In this document: positions 8,021-17,028 of the stretch, piece after piece | Layout of the letters: each line of letters starts with the position of its first letter | How positions within the stretch are numbered: the stretch's first letter is position 1 | Origin: Armatimonadota bacterium | Lineage (GTDB): Bacteria; Armatimonadota; Armatimonadia; Armatimonadales; Armatimonadaceae | Direction of reading: 5' to 3' | Length of the DNA stretch: 30,836 nt | Assembly (NCBI GenBank): GCA_043754515.1 | Contig: JAYUUO010000201.1 | Location: 1 to 30,836 of the forward strand | Position numbers and translations under genes: made by a program | The notes under the pieces: model-generated | Databases searched by the model: none | What the model was told of the DNA's origin: nothing | Seen by the model: only the letters and a program-made list of their open reading frames with translations

Positions 8021-9505
8021 CTGTCTGCCTATCTTCCCGATAACTCGTCTCGCCTCGCGCCTACCGTGCTCCTGTCCGGGGCAATCGTCATCTCGCTACT
8101 CGGCGTTGCCACCGCGAACGCGCAGGATAATGTGAATCCGCCGCTTCCTCCCGCCGCGCCGGGGGTACCGGTCGCGTCTAAAGCCGCGTCGCCCTTGCCC
8201 GAACGCGGGACTTACCGCGTCACCGGCTCCGCCGAGAAGTTGTCTGTGTTCGCGGTGTCGGTAGACGCCCCCGAACTGTTCACCGCCATCGCTTCAAAGT
8301 CCGACCTGCCGCTCCTCGTGGACGATTCCGTCTCGCGCCGCATCACGATCAACCTGAAGGACCGCCCCGCGCGACAGATAATCACCGACATTTGTAGCGC
8401 GTACGGGTTGTCGGTCGCCGATGTCGAGGGCGTGACCATGATCAGCGAAGGCATCCCGCGCTCGCCGTCCTCGTACCTGCTGTCCGATATAGTCTCCGTC
8501 CCGACCAAATATGTGATCGCGGCGAACGCCCGCACTCTCCTACCAGTGTTCTTGCAAGATTACGTGAAGGTGAACGCCGAGCAGAACGCGGTCGTGCTTT
8601 CGGCTCCGAAAGAAGTGCTGGAAAAGTTCCGCCAGGACATCGCGCAGTTCGACATCCCGGCGTCACAGATCGTGCTCGATCTGCTTCTGGTCGAGCTGAC
8701 CGACACGAACCTGGACGAGTTCGGGCTGACGACTAGCAACCTCACGGCCGGGCAGGGTCCGGCGATCAGCGCGGCGGACGGCACGATCAAATACCTGCGC
8801 TACGCGGCTACCTCGAAGGAGTTCACCGCGAGTTTGACCGCGCTGATCCAAAAAGGCAAGGCGCGTGTCCGCGCCAACCCGCGCATCGCCACCGTGTCGG
8901 GCCGGTCGGCGAGTATTTTCGTCGGTCTGCAACGCTACATCGCGACGCCGATTGATAGTGGCAACGGCGGCTCCAGCAACAATATCGCGGCGGGCGTCCG
9001 GCTGAATATCACTCCCTACACCGGCGGCACGGGGCAAATCCTCGTCAATGTCAATACCGAGGTGTCAACGCTGTCCGCGCTCGACCCGCTGACCAAGTTG
9101 CCGGAGAAAAGCACTCGTACCGCCAACACCACCGTCCGAACCGGCGACGGGCAGACTATTGTGATCGGCGGCTTGACACAACAAGAGTCGCGTAGCGTCC
9201 GCAACAAGATCCCGTTCTTCGGCGACATACCGTTCTTCGGGCCACTGTTCTTCCAAAGCAAGAACATCCAGTCCACGGAGACCGAACTCGTGTTGTTCAT
9301 CACGCCGCGCATCCTGTCCGACTCGGGGCACCTGCCCGGCGCCGAGGAGCAGTCGCTAAAGGATCGGTTCCTGCGCTCCGATCTGAACAAGCCGTTGCCA
9401 CCCGCGCCCCCGCTGGTCAATCCGCCGTTCCCCGACTCGCTGAGACTACCGAAGGACGCAACGCCGAAGCCCTCGCCCGTCGCGTCGCCTGGGGGCAAGC
9501 CCTGA
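8021..9505 (+). CDS. Secretin paralog 1 (GspD/PilQ family; N0/STN-like, N3-like and secretin core)
   Basis: Signal peptide ending ANAQ; ANPRIATVSG, GVRLNITP, ANTTVRTGDGQTIVIGGL, KIPFFGDIPFFG.LF, TELVLFITPRI. The ORF track starts at GTG 8066; an in-frame CTG at 8021 follows AAGGA. Confidence 0.92.
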   Translation: MSAYLPDNSSRLAPTVLLSGAIVISLLGVATANAQDNVNPPLPPAAPGVPVASKAASPLPERGTYRVTGSAEKLSVFAVSVDAPELFTAIASKSDLPLLVDDSVSRRITINLKDRPARQIITDICSAYGLSVADVEGVTMISEGIPRSPSSYLLSDIVSVPTKYVIAANARTLLPVFLQDYVKVNAEQNAVVLSAPKEVLEKFRQDIAQFDIPASQIVLDLLLVELTDTNLDEFGLTTSNLTAGQGPAISAADGTIKYLRYAATSKEFTASLTALIQKGKARVRANPRIATVSGRSASIFVGLQRYIATPIDSGNGGSSNNIAAGVRLNITPYTGGTGQILVNVNTEVSTLSALDPLTKLPEKSTRTANTTVRTGDGQTIVIGGLTQQESRSVRNKIPFFGDIPFFGPLFFQSKNIQSTETELVLFITPRILSDSGHLPGAEEQSLKDRFLRSDLNKPLPPAPPLVNPPFPDSLRLPKDATPKPSPVASPGGKP

Positions 9506-11307
9506 ACGCCCGCGCCGTCTCCCGCCGACTCGTTTCATGGGTGCTGTGTCTTCTGGCGTTCCTCGCGCCGGTCGCCGCCCGCGCACAACTGGCGCGGTCG
9601 TTCTATAACATCACGGGCATCGAGACTAAGGTGCTACCGAACGCGGTGCGGATCACAATCCAGACGGATGGGGACGCGAAGCTGGGCGTGGATGTCAAAG
9701 AGTTCGCGACGGTAGTCGGCACCAGTAGCGACGATTTCTATGTTACCGACGCCTTGCCGAAAACATCGCTTCGGTTACGCTTCGCCGGGGCGCGGCAGAA
9801 GATCCCTGCCTTCACGGAGATCGGAGCCTACCCGGTAGACTCGGCCGTGGTTCGCCTCAGCCGCGATAAGTTGGCGTTCCCACTTTTCGAGGACGGGAGT
9901 GACCCGACACAGGATGGCTCGGGGACGCCGGGAGTTGATCTCGAAATTCGCCTTTACGTGCCGATCAAGGTGACTTATTTTACGCTCCGCTTCGACCGAT
10001 ACTACCCTGGCTGGACCCTCTCTTACCCGGCCGTCCTCAATCCGCTCGAAGCGAGTATCGTCGTAGCACCCGATAACCGCTCCGTGGTGATCACAGTGAT
10101 GACCGACCGGGTAGAAACGGCACGCAACGAGGGGCGGCTCCGCCGCTCCCCGCCTGAAGGATGGCGGCACCGGCTCGCGGTGACTGGCGACGCCGGGCGA
10201 ATGAGCGTGGACGCCCTACACGCGACGCTGGGCGAGACGCTAACCGAAATCGCCCGCGTCTCCGGCCTTTCGCTCGAAGCGCAACCCGACGCCGTGGAGG
10301 CGGACGTTTCCTCATTCCTCCCGGAAAGTACTCCAGAGGCGAGTCTCCGGTCGCTAACACGCGGCCTAGGGTTGACGCTGACGGCGCGGACGCCGACGGA
10401 GGGCGGCGGGTATCTAGTAGGACGCTTCGGAACCAGTCTGCTGACTGAACGGTTGCCGGTGCGCAATATCGCCGCCAGCCTCGCGCGGTCGCTGTTCCCC
10501 GATGTGTTGCTACCGTACCTGCACGTGGACACGGAAGGAAACGCCCTGATCGCGACTGGCTCCCCGGCACTGATCGCGCGGCTCCGGCATGACATCGCGG
10601 TGGTTGACCGCCCCTCCGCGCAGGTCCGCGTCGAGGCGCAAGCCTACGAACTCAGCTACCCCGAGGAGGCCGCCTTCGTGATCAGCGGCGCGGTGGACGA
10701 TGGGCGCGTCGGCTGGGACGGTGACGCGGGGCAAATCACGGTCGCGCTCAAAGCCGGTCAACAGAAGTCAGTCCGGGCGCGGCTACAAGCGCTGATCACG
10801 AAAGGGCGCGCCTGGCTCGCGGCACGCCCCGAACTGGTGGTCACCTCCGGCAAGACGGGCACGTTATTTATCGGCCAGACCCGCTACATAACGATCCGGG
10901 TTAACAATTACGGCGGAACGACGGCGACGATTCTGCCGCTGATGGTGGGGACGACGCTGAAGGTGACACCGACGACCAGCGGGGAGGGCGGGGCGGTGTT
11001 ACTGGACCTGCAACCGAACTTCTCCACCGTGGACTCTATCGAAGCCGGGACGGGTCTGCCGACGCTTGGCATCCGTCAGGTGAACAGCCTGATCCGTGTT
11101 CAGCCCGGCGATAGCGTCTTGATAGGCGGTCTCGAAGAGCGGACTAGTTCACGCGCCCGGAACGCGGCACGTCCGTTCGATTCCGTTCCCTTCCTAAAAG
11201 ACGTCTTGGCATCACGCCACGACCAGGTGACCAGGGTGTCGCTCGTGATTTTCGTCTCCGCGCGGATCGTTGAAGACGCGCCGCGCCCGAAAGAAAAGAA
11301 CCTTTAG
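9502..11307 (+). CDS. Secretin paralog 2 (divergent; AMIN-like N-terminal domain)
   Basis: Signal peptide ending AARAQ; ITGIETKVLPNAVRITIQTDG; ARPELVVTSG, GTTLKVTP, VQPGDSVLIGGL, SLVIFVSARIV. Probable CTG start overlapping the paralog 1 stop (CTGA); the track start is GTG 9541. Confidence 0.88.
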   Translation: MNARAVSRRLVSWVLCLLAFLAPVAARAQLARSFYNITGIETKVLPNAVRITIQTDGDAKLGVDVKEFATVVGTSSDDFYVTDALPKTSLRLRFAGARQKIPAFTEIGAYPVDSAVVRLSRDKLAFPLFEDGSDPTQDGSGTPGVDLEIRLYVPIKVTYFTLRFDRYYPGWTLSYPAVLNPLEASIVVAPDNRSVVITVMTDRVETARNEGRLRRSPPEGWRHRLAVTGDAGRMSVDALHATLGETLTEIARVSGLSLEAQPDAVEADVSSFLPESTPEASLRSLTRGLGLTLTARTPTEGGGYLVGRFGTSLLTERLPVRNIAASLARSLFPDVLLPYLHVDTEGNALIATGSPALIARLRHDIAVVDRPSAQVRVEAQAYELSYPEEAAFVISGAVDDGRVGWDGDAGQITVALKAGQQKSVRARLQALITKGRAWLAARPELVVTSGKTGTLFIGQTRYITIRVNNYGGTTATILPLMVGTTLKVTPTTSGEGGAVLLDLQPNFSTVDSIEAGTGLPTLGIRQVNSLIRVQPGDSVLIGGLEERTSSRARNAARPFDSVPFLKDVLASRHDQVTRVSLVIFVSARIVEDAPRPKEKNL

Positions 11308-13011
11308 ATGATGATCACTATGACTCTTCGTGCATATCGTGCTATTTTCGCCGTGCTACTGATGGCATTCGCGGTGTCCGCATCCCCTCCGGCGCGAGCG
11401 CAAGACGACTCCTCGGGCGGGTCCGGCAGTGCGCTGGGCGCGGCTGTCCCGTACACCACGATCACCAGCGTCAAGGCGATGCCGCTCTCGAACGGCGTTC
11501 AGATCATGATCACCGCCGACGGCGTTCTCGACTACCGGAACAGCGGCGGGGACGGCAAAAACATCAGCCTCTCATTCCCTTCCGCGCGCAACGGCACCGG
11601 TAAGAACTTCTTCAACGTCAACCGCTACCCCGTCTCGCATATCTCGTTGACTACGCCGCAAACGACCACCAACGGCATCGGGCTGAACCTGACCATCTTC
11701 GACTTCACCGTCGCCAACTCACGCGTCTCCTCGACCCAGGATAAACAGGGCGTGCTGATAACGGTGCTCTCGGACCGAACCATCGAAGGCAAGCGCGGCG
11801 CGGTCGTCGCCGGTGTCGCGGAGAGTGCCGGTAAGCCCGATACCTCGACACAGGTGACGTTCGCGAACGGGCTGGTGTCGGTCCGCGCGGTGAGAGCCGA
11901 TATTCACGCGCTGATGGGACTGATCGCACTAAAAACCGGCATTTCGGGGGCGGTGGACGACGCGGTGGACCGCAAGGTGACCGTGAACCTGCGCGACGTC
12001 GCCCCGGCAATCGCCATGCAGAGCATCGCGACCGCGAACGGCCTCGCGCTCTCGCGTCTGGGCGATCTGTTCGTGCTGAGCGAAGGGGTGCCGACCGATC
12101 TCGCGACCTACCTTGTTTCCGGTACGCAGTCGTACCGGATGCAGAACACCAAGGCGGACACCGCGTCCGGCTTGCTCCCCAACTTTCTCTACTCGTACGT
12201 CAAAGTTAACCCGGAGCAGAACGCCGTGGTTGTGTCGGCGCCCTCGCAGATGCTGGCGAAGATCGGGCAGGATCTGAACAAGGTGGATCTGCCGTCCCCG
12301 CAGATCATGATCGAGGCGGTCGCGGTGGAGTTTACCGACAACGTCAGCCGCGACTTGGGTATCCTGATCAACAACACCGTCAGCACATCACTGTCGAACT
12401 TCGACAGTTCGAACGGGATATTCAGCTACGACACCATCGGCAAGCTTCCGCAAAGTTTCGCCACTACGCTCCGCGCCTTAGAAGTGAGCGGCAAGGCGCG
12501 GGTTCGCGCCCGCCCGCAGTTGACGGTCGTCAACGGCAACGCCGCCAATATTTTCATCGGGCAACAGCGTTTCATCCAAACCCAGACCAACAACTTCGGG
12601 CAGACGCAGACCCGCATCCAGCCGGTTGACGTCGGGGTGAAACTGTCCGTGACGCCGCTGACGGGTGGCAACGGCGAGGTGACGACGACAATCGCGCCCG
12701 AAGTCTCCAACATCACCGAGCAGGATCAGTTGACGGGGCTTCCCGTGCTCTCGACCCGCAACGCGAACACCACGGTTCGCGTCCACGACGGCGAGACCAT
12801 CGTCATCGGCGGTCTTACGCTGAATCAGGAGCAGGTGACCGACAGCAAAGTCCCGATCCTCGGCGACATCCCTATCATCGGCAACCTGTTCCACTCCCGG
12901 AACAAGACGCGAGTCCAGACCGAGCTAGTGGTTTTCGTCACGCCACACATCATGAACATGCCGCCCCCGGCTCCTCAGACGAAGGTCGTGCCGCCCGCCA
13001 AAACGCCTTGA
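11308..13011 (+). CDS. Secretin paralog 3 (AMIN-like N-terminal domain)
   Basis: ATG directly follows the paralog 2 TAG. Signal peptide ending ARAQ; ARPQLTVVNG, GVKLSVTP, ANTTVRVHDGETIVIGGL, KVPILGDIPIIGNLF, TELVVFVTPHI. Confidence 0.94.
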   Translation: MMITMTLRAYRAIFAVLLMAFAVSASPPARAQDDSSGGSGSALGAAVPYTTITSVKAMPLSNGVQIMITADGVLDYRNSGGDGKNISLSFPSARNGTGKNFFNVNRYPVSHISLTTPQTTTNGIGLNLTIFDFTVANSRVSSTQDKQGVLITVLSDRTIEGKRGAVVAGVAESAGKPDTSTQVTFANGLVSVRAVRADIHALMGLIALKTGISGAVDDAVDRKVTVNLRDVAPAIAMQSIATANGLALSRLGDLFVLSEGVPTDLATYLVSGTQSYRMQNTKADTASGLLPNFLYSYVKVNPEQNAVVVSAPSQMLAKIGQDLNKVDLPSPQIMIEAVAVEFTDNVSRDLGILINNTVSTSLSNFDSSNGIFSYDTIGKLPQSFATTLRALEVSGKARVRARPQLTVVNGNAANIFIGQQRFIQTQTNNFGQTQTRIQPVDVGVKLSVTPLTGGNGEVTTTIAPEVSNITEQDQLTGLPVLSTRNANTTVRVHDGETIVIGGLTLNQEQVTDSKVPILGDIPIIGNLFHSRNKTRVQTELVVFVTPHIMNMPPPAPQTKVVPPAKTP

Positions 13012-13034
13012 TTGGTGACTATTCGCGGCGGTAC

Positions 13035-13415
13035 CTATTGCGCGAGGGTATACATCAGGTCGTTGATAGTAAAGCCACCGCCGACGCGGCTTTCGGCTCT
13101 CCAGGTTTTGCCTGGATCCGCCGTCTCGATCACCGTCATCGCGGTGAGCGGCACCGGGTTTCCGCCGAGTAGCCCACCCAGAATGCGGTGTTGCCCGGCA
13201 TGGATCGCCCACCCGCCCCCAATTGCGGGGCCGATGACGATGGCGTCCGTGTTGTAATCATCCTGCTCCCGCCATGTGAAGTTGGTTTCCTGGACACGCT
13301 CAACCCACACCGTAACAGTGTTCCAGTCCAGTTCTCGTTGCCACCTCGCGGGAACGAATCCCGCGCCAAGAGCCTGTGTAATCGCTGCGTCCGAGTTGTG
13401 TTGAGTCGTATCCAT
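13035..13415 (-). CDS. Small hypothetical protein with ParB/Srx-superfamily (DGQHR-like) motifs
   Basis: 126 aa from ATG 13415; WQRELD...AIVIG...WAIHAGQHRI resembles the QR and [D]GQHR motifs. Confidence 0.55.
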   Translation of the reverse strand: MDTTQHNSDAAITQALGAGFVPARWQRELDWNTVTVWVERVQETNFTWREQDDYNTDAIVIGPAIGGGWAIHAGQHRILGGLLGGNPVPLTAMTVIETADPGKTWRAESRVGGGFTINDLMYTLAQ

Positions 13416-13606
13416 TGTCGTTTCACGCTTCTTTCTGACACACACAGGATAAGTCATGGGAAGGGAGCCGACAGTGACGTCGGGAACACGCGGATATGAC
13501 CCTAGTCACAAAATACGTCGGTAACAGAATCGGGAACGGGGAGCCGCGTGGTGTACCCCGGAGTATCAAAGGTGAGTCCAAGGGGGAGTAGTCTGGCAAC
13601 GCGCGG

Positions 13607-15093
13607 CTATCGCCGAGGGGATGCTAACCCTCCCGGATCCGCTTTTACCTTACCGACCGTGACTGGCTCCTTCCAAATCACAGTAAATAGACAATTTTGC
13701 TTCGCCACCTGGTAGCGTATTATCGTCGAGGACACGGAGGGATAGATCCGTGGCGGAACGGACTCCGGGGAAACCAACATCCGGTATAGCCCCTCATCCA
13801 GCATGAGGAAGGTAGGCTCGGCAGAAGCAGACGACGCCGATGTTATCACCGGGGACTTCGCGCCGACTTCGCGGAACACGGGCGAGGGTACTAACCCGTC
13901 CGAGTCGTTGTAGCGCACGTCCGGCACAAAGACACGCTTACCTCTCCCCATTTTCTGGATCGCGGCGACGAGAGGGGCGACTTCCGCCGCCCGCTTCGTC
14001 GCCCGGAACTCTGCCCATTGCAGCGACAGACTCACATCGTCGGGGAAGAACGGAATGTGAGGCGTCATGGCACTGCCCGCGAGCGGTACTGGGATCAGGT
14101 CAAGGGGATCGCACACATACTTCTCGATGAAGGCGGCCCGCGCCGCCTCCGTGTATCCGAAGTCGGTGCCGATGAACCCGCCGCTCGCAACCGTGAGGCC
14201 GGACCGCGCCTCAGGAAGTGGGGACGCGTAGCCGTTCGGCGCGACATCTGTCAGGACGACCGCCGTGACCGAATCCGGTTGCGCGAGTTCGCTCAGCCGG
14301 GCGAGAAAATCCCCGGTGTCACGTCCGGCGAGCCACCGCGTTCGGGGGTGGTATGTCGCCACTCTCGCGCCCGCCTCACGCATCACGTTCCTGCTGTACC
14401 AGGTCTCCCAGGCGATATTATCCATACCGAGGACGTTTACGTCCGGCACGCCGCCGCTCGGGACCGGTGCCAGCGGAGTCGAACTGCCTGTCGGCACGGC
14501 GACTGGGGGCCTCAAAGAACCGGGTTTGACAGGCTCGCCATACAGCGAGCAGACGAGATAGACGGGAACACCGCGCGTGGCAAGTGTCGCGAGCAAGTCA
14601 CTGACCTTCCCGCTGACTTCCTTCGCGCCAGGCGCGGGCATATCTGCCGTTGCTGACCGTCCAGTGAGGATGCCGCCAGCCCCTCCTGCCTGCACAATGC
14701 CGAAATCTGGGCGTCGCCCAAGCTCGCCTCCAGCAACTGCCACATCTCCGGCCGCGTGAGCGACGCGAAGGGGTTGATTCTGGCGTTCCCGTTCACGGAA
14801 TAGATGTACTTCGGGATCACGGTGCTGATCCCGCCGACCCACCGTAGGAGGCGGGGGGTATGATCCGCCTCGTTCTCGTTATAGCTCATCCCGATGGACG
14901 TGAACGCTAAAAACCGGCTATAGTCTCCGGGATCAACGACGAGCAGTGGGCCTTGTGTCGCCACGTCCCACGTTCCGATGAGGGACTTGTCGAATGCCAC
15001 ATCACGGCGGGTGGGTACGACCGTCGGCGGCTCGCTCTGCCTGACCGGTGAGCAAATGAGTGAAAAAAGGACGGCGGGGATGATTATGCTCAT
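13607..15093 (-). pseudogene. Exported protein with a C-terminal glycosyl-hydrolase-like (GHL10/DUF187-like) region, frameshifted near 14630-14660
   Basis: The N-terminal part (from 15093) has a hydrophobic leader and reads naturally to SSLDGQQRQI. The C-terminal part, in another frame, has RGVPVYLV, PDVNVLG, VTAVVLTD, DFGYTEAARAAFIEKY..DP and WAEFR. The 1487-nt span is not a multiple of 3. Confidence 0.55.
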
Positions 15094-15214
15094 GGTGAGG
15101 GTCGCGGATCTGACGCAGGAGTTTAAGTATTGGGAACGGGCGTGACGCTATAGAGACTCATCCGCAGGCACAATACTTCCTCACTGCCTGTTCGTTGAGT
15201 GAACCGACATGAGC

Positions 15215-16999
15215 CTACTTGAACGAGGGCAGGATGATCCCGCGCATGATGATCTTCTGCGCGAACATAAACACGATCAGCGTCGGGAGCGCGGCGAGCG
15301 TAAGTGCCGCCATAATGACGTACTGTGGGGCGGTCGCTTGCAAGTCGTACAGCCAGACCATTAGCGTCCACATGCTCGGATCCTGACACACCACCATCGC
15401 GAACAGGAACGCGCCGTAGCTCGCCGTGAACGCGTTCAGGGCGATCACCGAGAAGATGGGGAGCGAGAGCGGTACGGTAATGGTTCGGAACATCCCGATC
15501 TCGGTCGCGCCGTCCAGAATCGCCGCCTCGTATAACTCTTTTGGTAGGGAGTCGAAAAAGCCTTTCAGGAGGAAGATTGCGAAACCGTTCGCGAGGCCGG
15601 GCAGGACGAGAGCCGAAAACGTGTTGAGCAGGTGCAGGTCACGCAGGAGCAGGAAGTTTGGGATCATGGCGACTTCGGCGGGGAACGCCATCGTTGCGAG
15701 CACGAACAGCAACACCTGGTACGCGTACGGGAGCGGGTAACGCGACAAAGCGTAGGCGCACAGGGGGTTGACAATCACGGCGGACAGGATTGCGAGTACG
15801 CAGAACATGACCGTGTTCGGCACCGCGCTCCCGTGCAGGAATATGTACCCGGCGACCATGCGGAAGTTCCGCGTCGCATAGTCGTTCCGCAGTTCGCGGG
15901 TGTGTGCGCGGACGTACTCCCGGTCCAGATACGCCTGCGGGGGGACGGCGGAGGGGTTGCCGATGCTCACGCGCCACCGATTTTCCGGCGATTCGACAGT
16001 CAGAGCATCCAGCGGGGCGGAACGCGCGACGAAGGCGAGCCAGGTAGCGCGTGCCTCGCCGTTCACGGGCACACCATTCGGGAGAACATCGCCGGTGATG
16101 CCGGGGTGCTTTTGGCCGACGACAAAGGTGCGCCAAGCCGGAAGCGCGGACGCATTTACCCCGAGTAGACGGAGCGGCAGTTTCGTCCGGATGAACGCCT
16201 CCCAGTCGGCGCGTTGCCGGGTGCCCTTCGGAGCGGTACGCGGGAGAACAATCTCAGACCAGTTCTTGATGCCGGTGCCCCACGCGGCGTTGAGTGCCTT
16301 CAGACTCTCCTCGTAAACCTCCTGCCGGAGCCAGTTGCGGTACAACGGGTCGGCGATGGTCGTGACCAGAAAATTGTCGGGGAGTGATTTGCGGAACTCG
16401 ACCCAGTCGCGCACCTTGGGTTTGGTGAGGTCGGGGATCCACTCGCGCGAGGCCGTGCGCTCGAACGGGGGGGCAACGGTGTCGAACGAGACGCTTTCCT
16501 CGGTATATGCCTCGTTCATGGCGTGGATGTCCCCGCCGAACTTGACGCGGAGCCATTCGCGGTATCTGAGGAGTAGCGCGCTCGGGGCACCATCATGCTC
16601 GGCAAACCCGGCTTTGCGGTCCGTCGGCGGGAGTGTGCGCTGGAACGCCGTCCAACTGCTCGCGAGAGGCGCTGTGTCCGCGGCTACCGCAGTCGGCGCG
16701 GTGACGCTGGTCGGTTTGTCGAAATTAGTGTTGTAAGCGGCGTTGACGTCATCCAGGTTGTTCGCATATTTGTCTTCGGCGTACTTGTTGAACAGCGCGG
16801 CGTCGTTGTAAAGGTAGCGGGGAATTAGCGCGCGCGGCGTGAAATCGTTGTAGTCGTTTTGTCCCTTCATGCCGGTCGTGACCATGAGCAGAAAGGGGTA
16901 GACGGTGGTGATCGCGCCCAAAATCAACGCCAGATAAATGACGGCGATGCCGGAGCGGGTTCTGAGCGATTTACTGCCGATGCGGGCGATGTGTGCCAT
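15215..16999 (-). CDS. Carbohydrate ABC transporter permease (MalG-type) with a ~345-aa periplasmic insertion
   Basis: TM1 ending YPFLLMV..GMK; C-terminal AYALSR, MIPNFLL, EAA loop SLPKELYEAAILDGA, FAQKIIMRG. Confidence 0.93.
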   Translation of the reverse strand: MAHIARIGSKSLRTRSGIAVIYLALILGAITTVYPFLLMVTTGMKGQNDYNDFTPRALIPRYLYNDAALFNKYAEDKYANNLDDVNAAYNTNFDKPTSVTAPTAVAADTAPLASSWTAFQRTLPPTDRKAGFAEHDGAPSALLLRYREWLRVKFGGDIHAMNEAYTEESVSFDTVAPPFERTASREWIPDLTKPKVRDWVEFRKSLPDNFLVTTIADPLYRNWLRQEVYEESLKALNAAWGTGIKNWSEIVLPRTAPKGTRQRADWEAFIRTKLPLRLLGVNASALPAWRTFVVGQKHPGITGDVLPNGVPVNGEARATWLAFVARSAPLDALTVESPENRWRVSIGNPSAVPPQAYLDREYVRAHTRELRNDYATRNFRMVAGYIFLHGSAVPNTVMFCVLAILSAVIVNPLCAYALSRYPLPYAYQVLLFVLATMAFPAEVAMIPNFLLLRDLHLLNTFSALVLPGLANGFAIFLLKGFFDSLPKELYEAAILDGATEIGMFRTITVPLSLPIFSVIALNAFTASYGAFLFAMVVCQDPSMWTLMVWLYDLQATAPQYVIMAALTLAALPTLIVFMFAQKIIMRGIILPSFK

Positions 17000-17028
17000 A
17001 TTACGTGGATGTTCTCTGGCCGGGAACT

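Noticed and set aside
5635..13415. 7-deazaguanine DNA modification (dpd) or phosphorothioate (dnd) defence island suggested by queD plus a DGQHR-like ORF
   Set aside because: The two genes are 7 kb apart in unrelated units, and no dpdA/tgt, dndCDE, helicase or nuclease genes are present.
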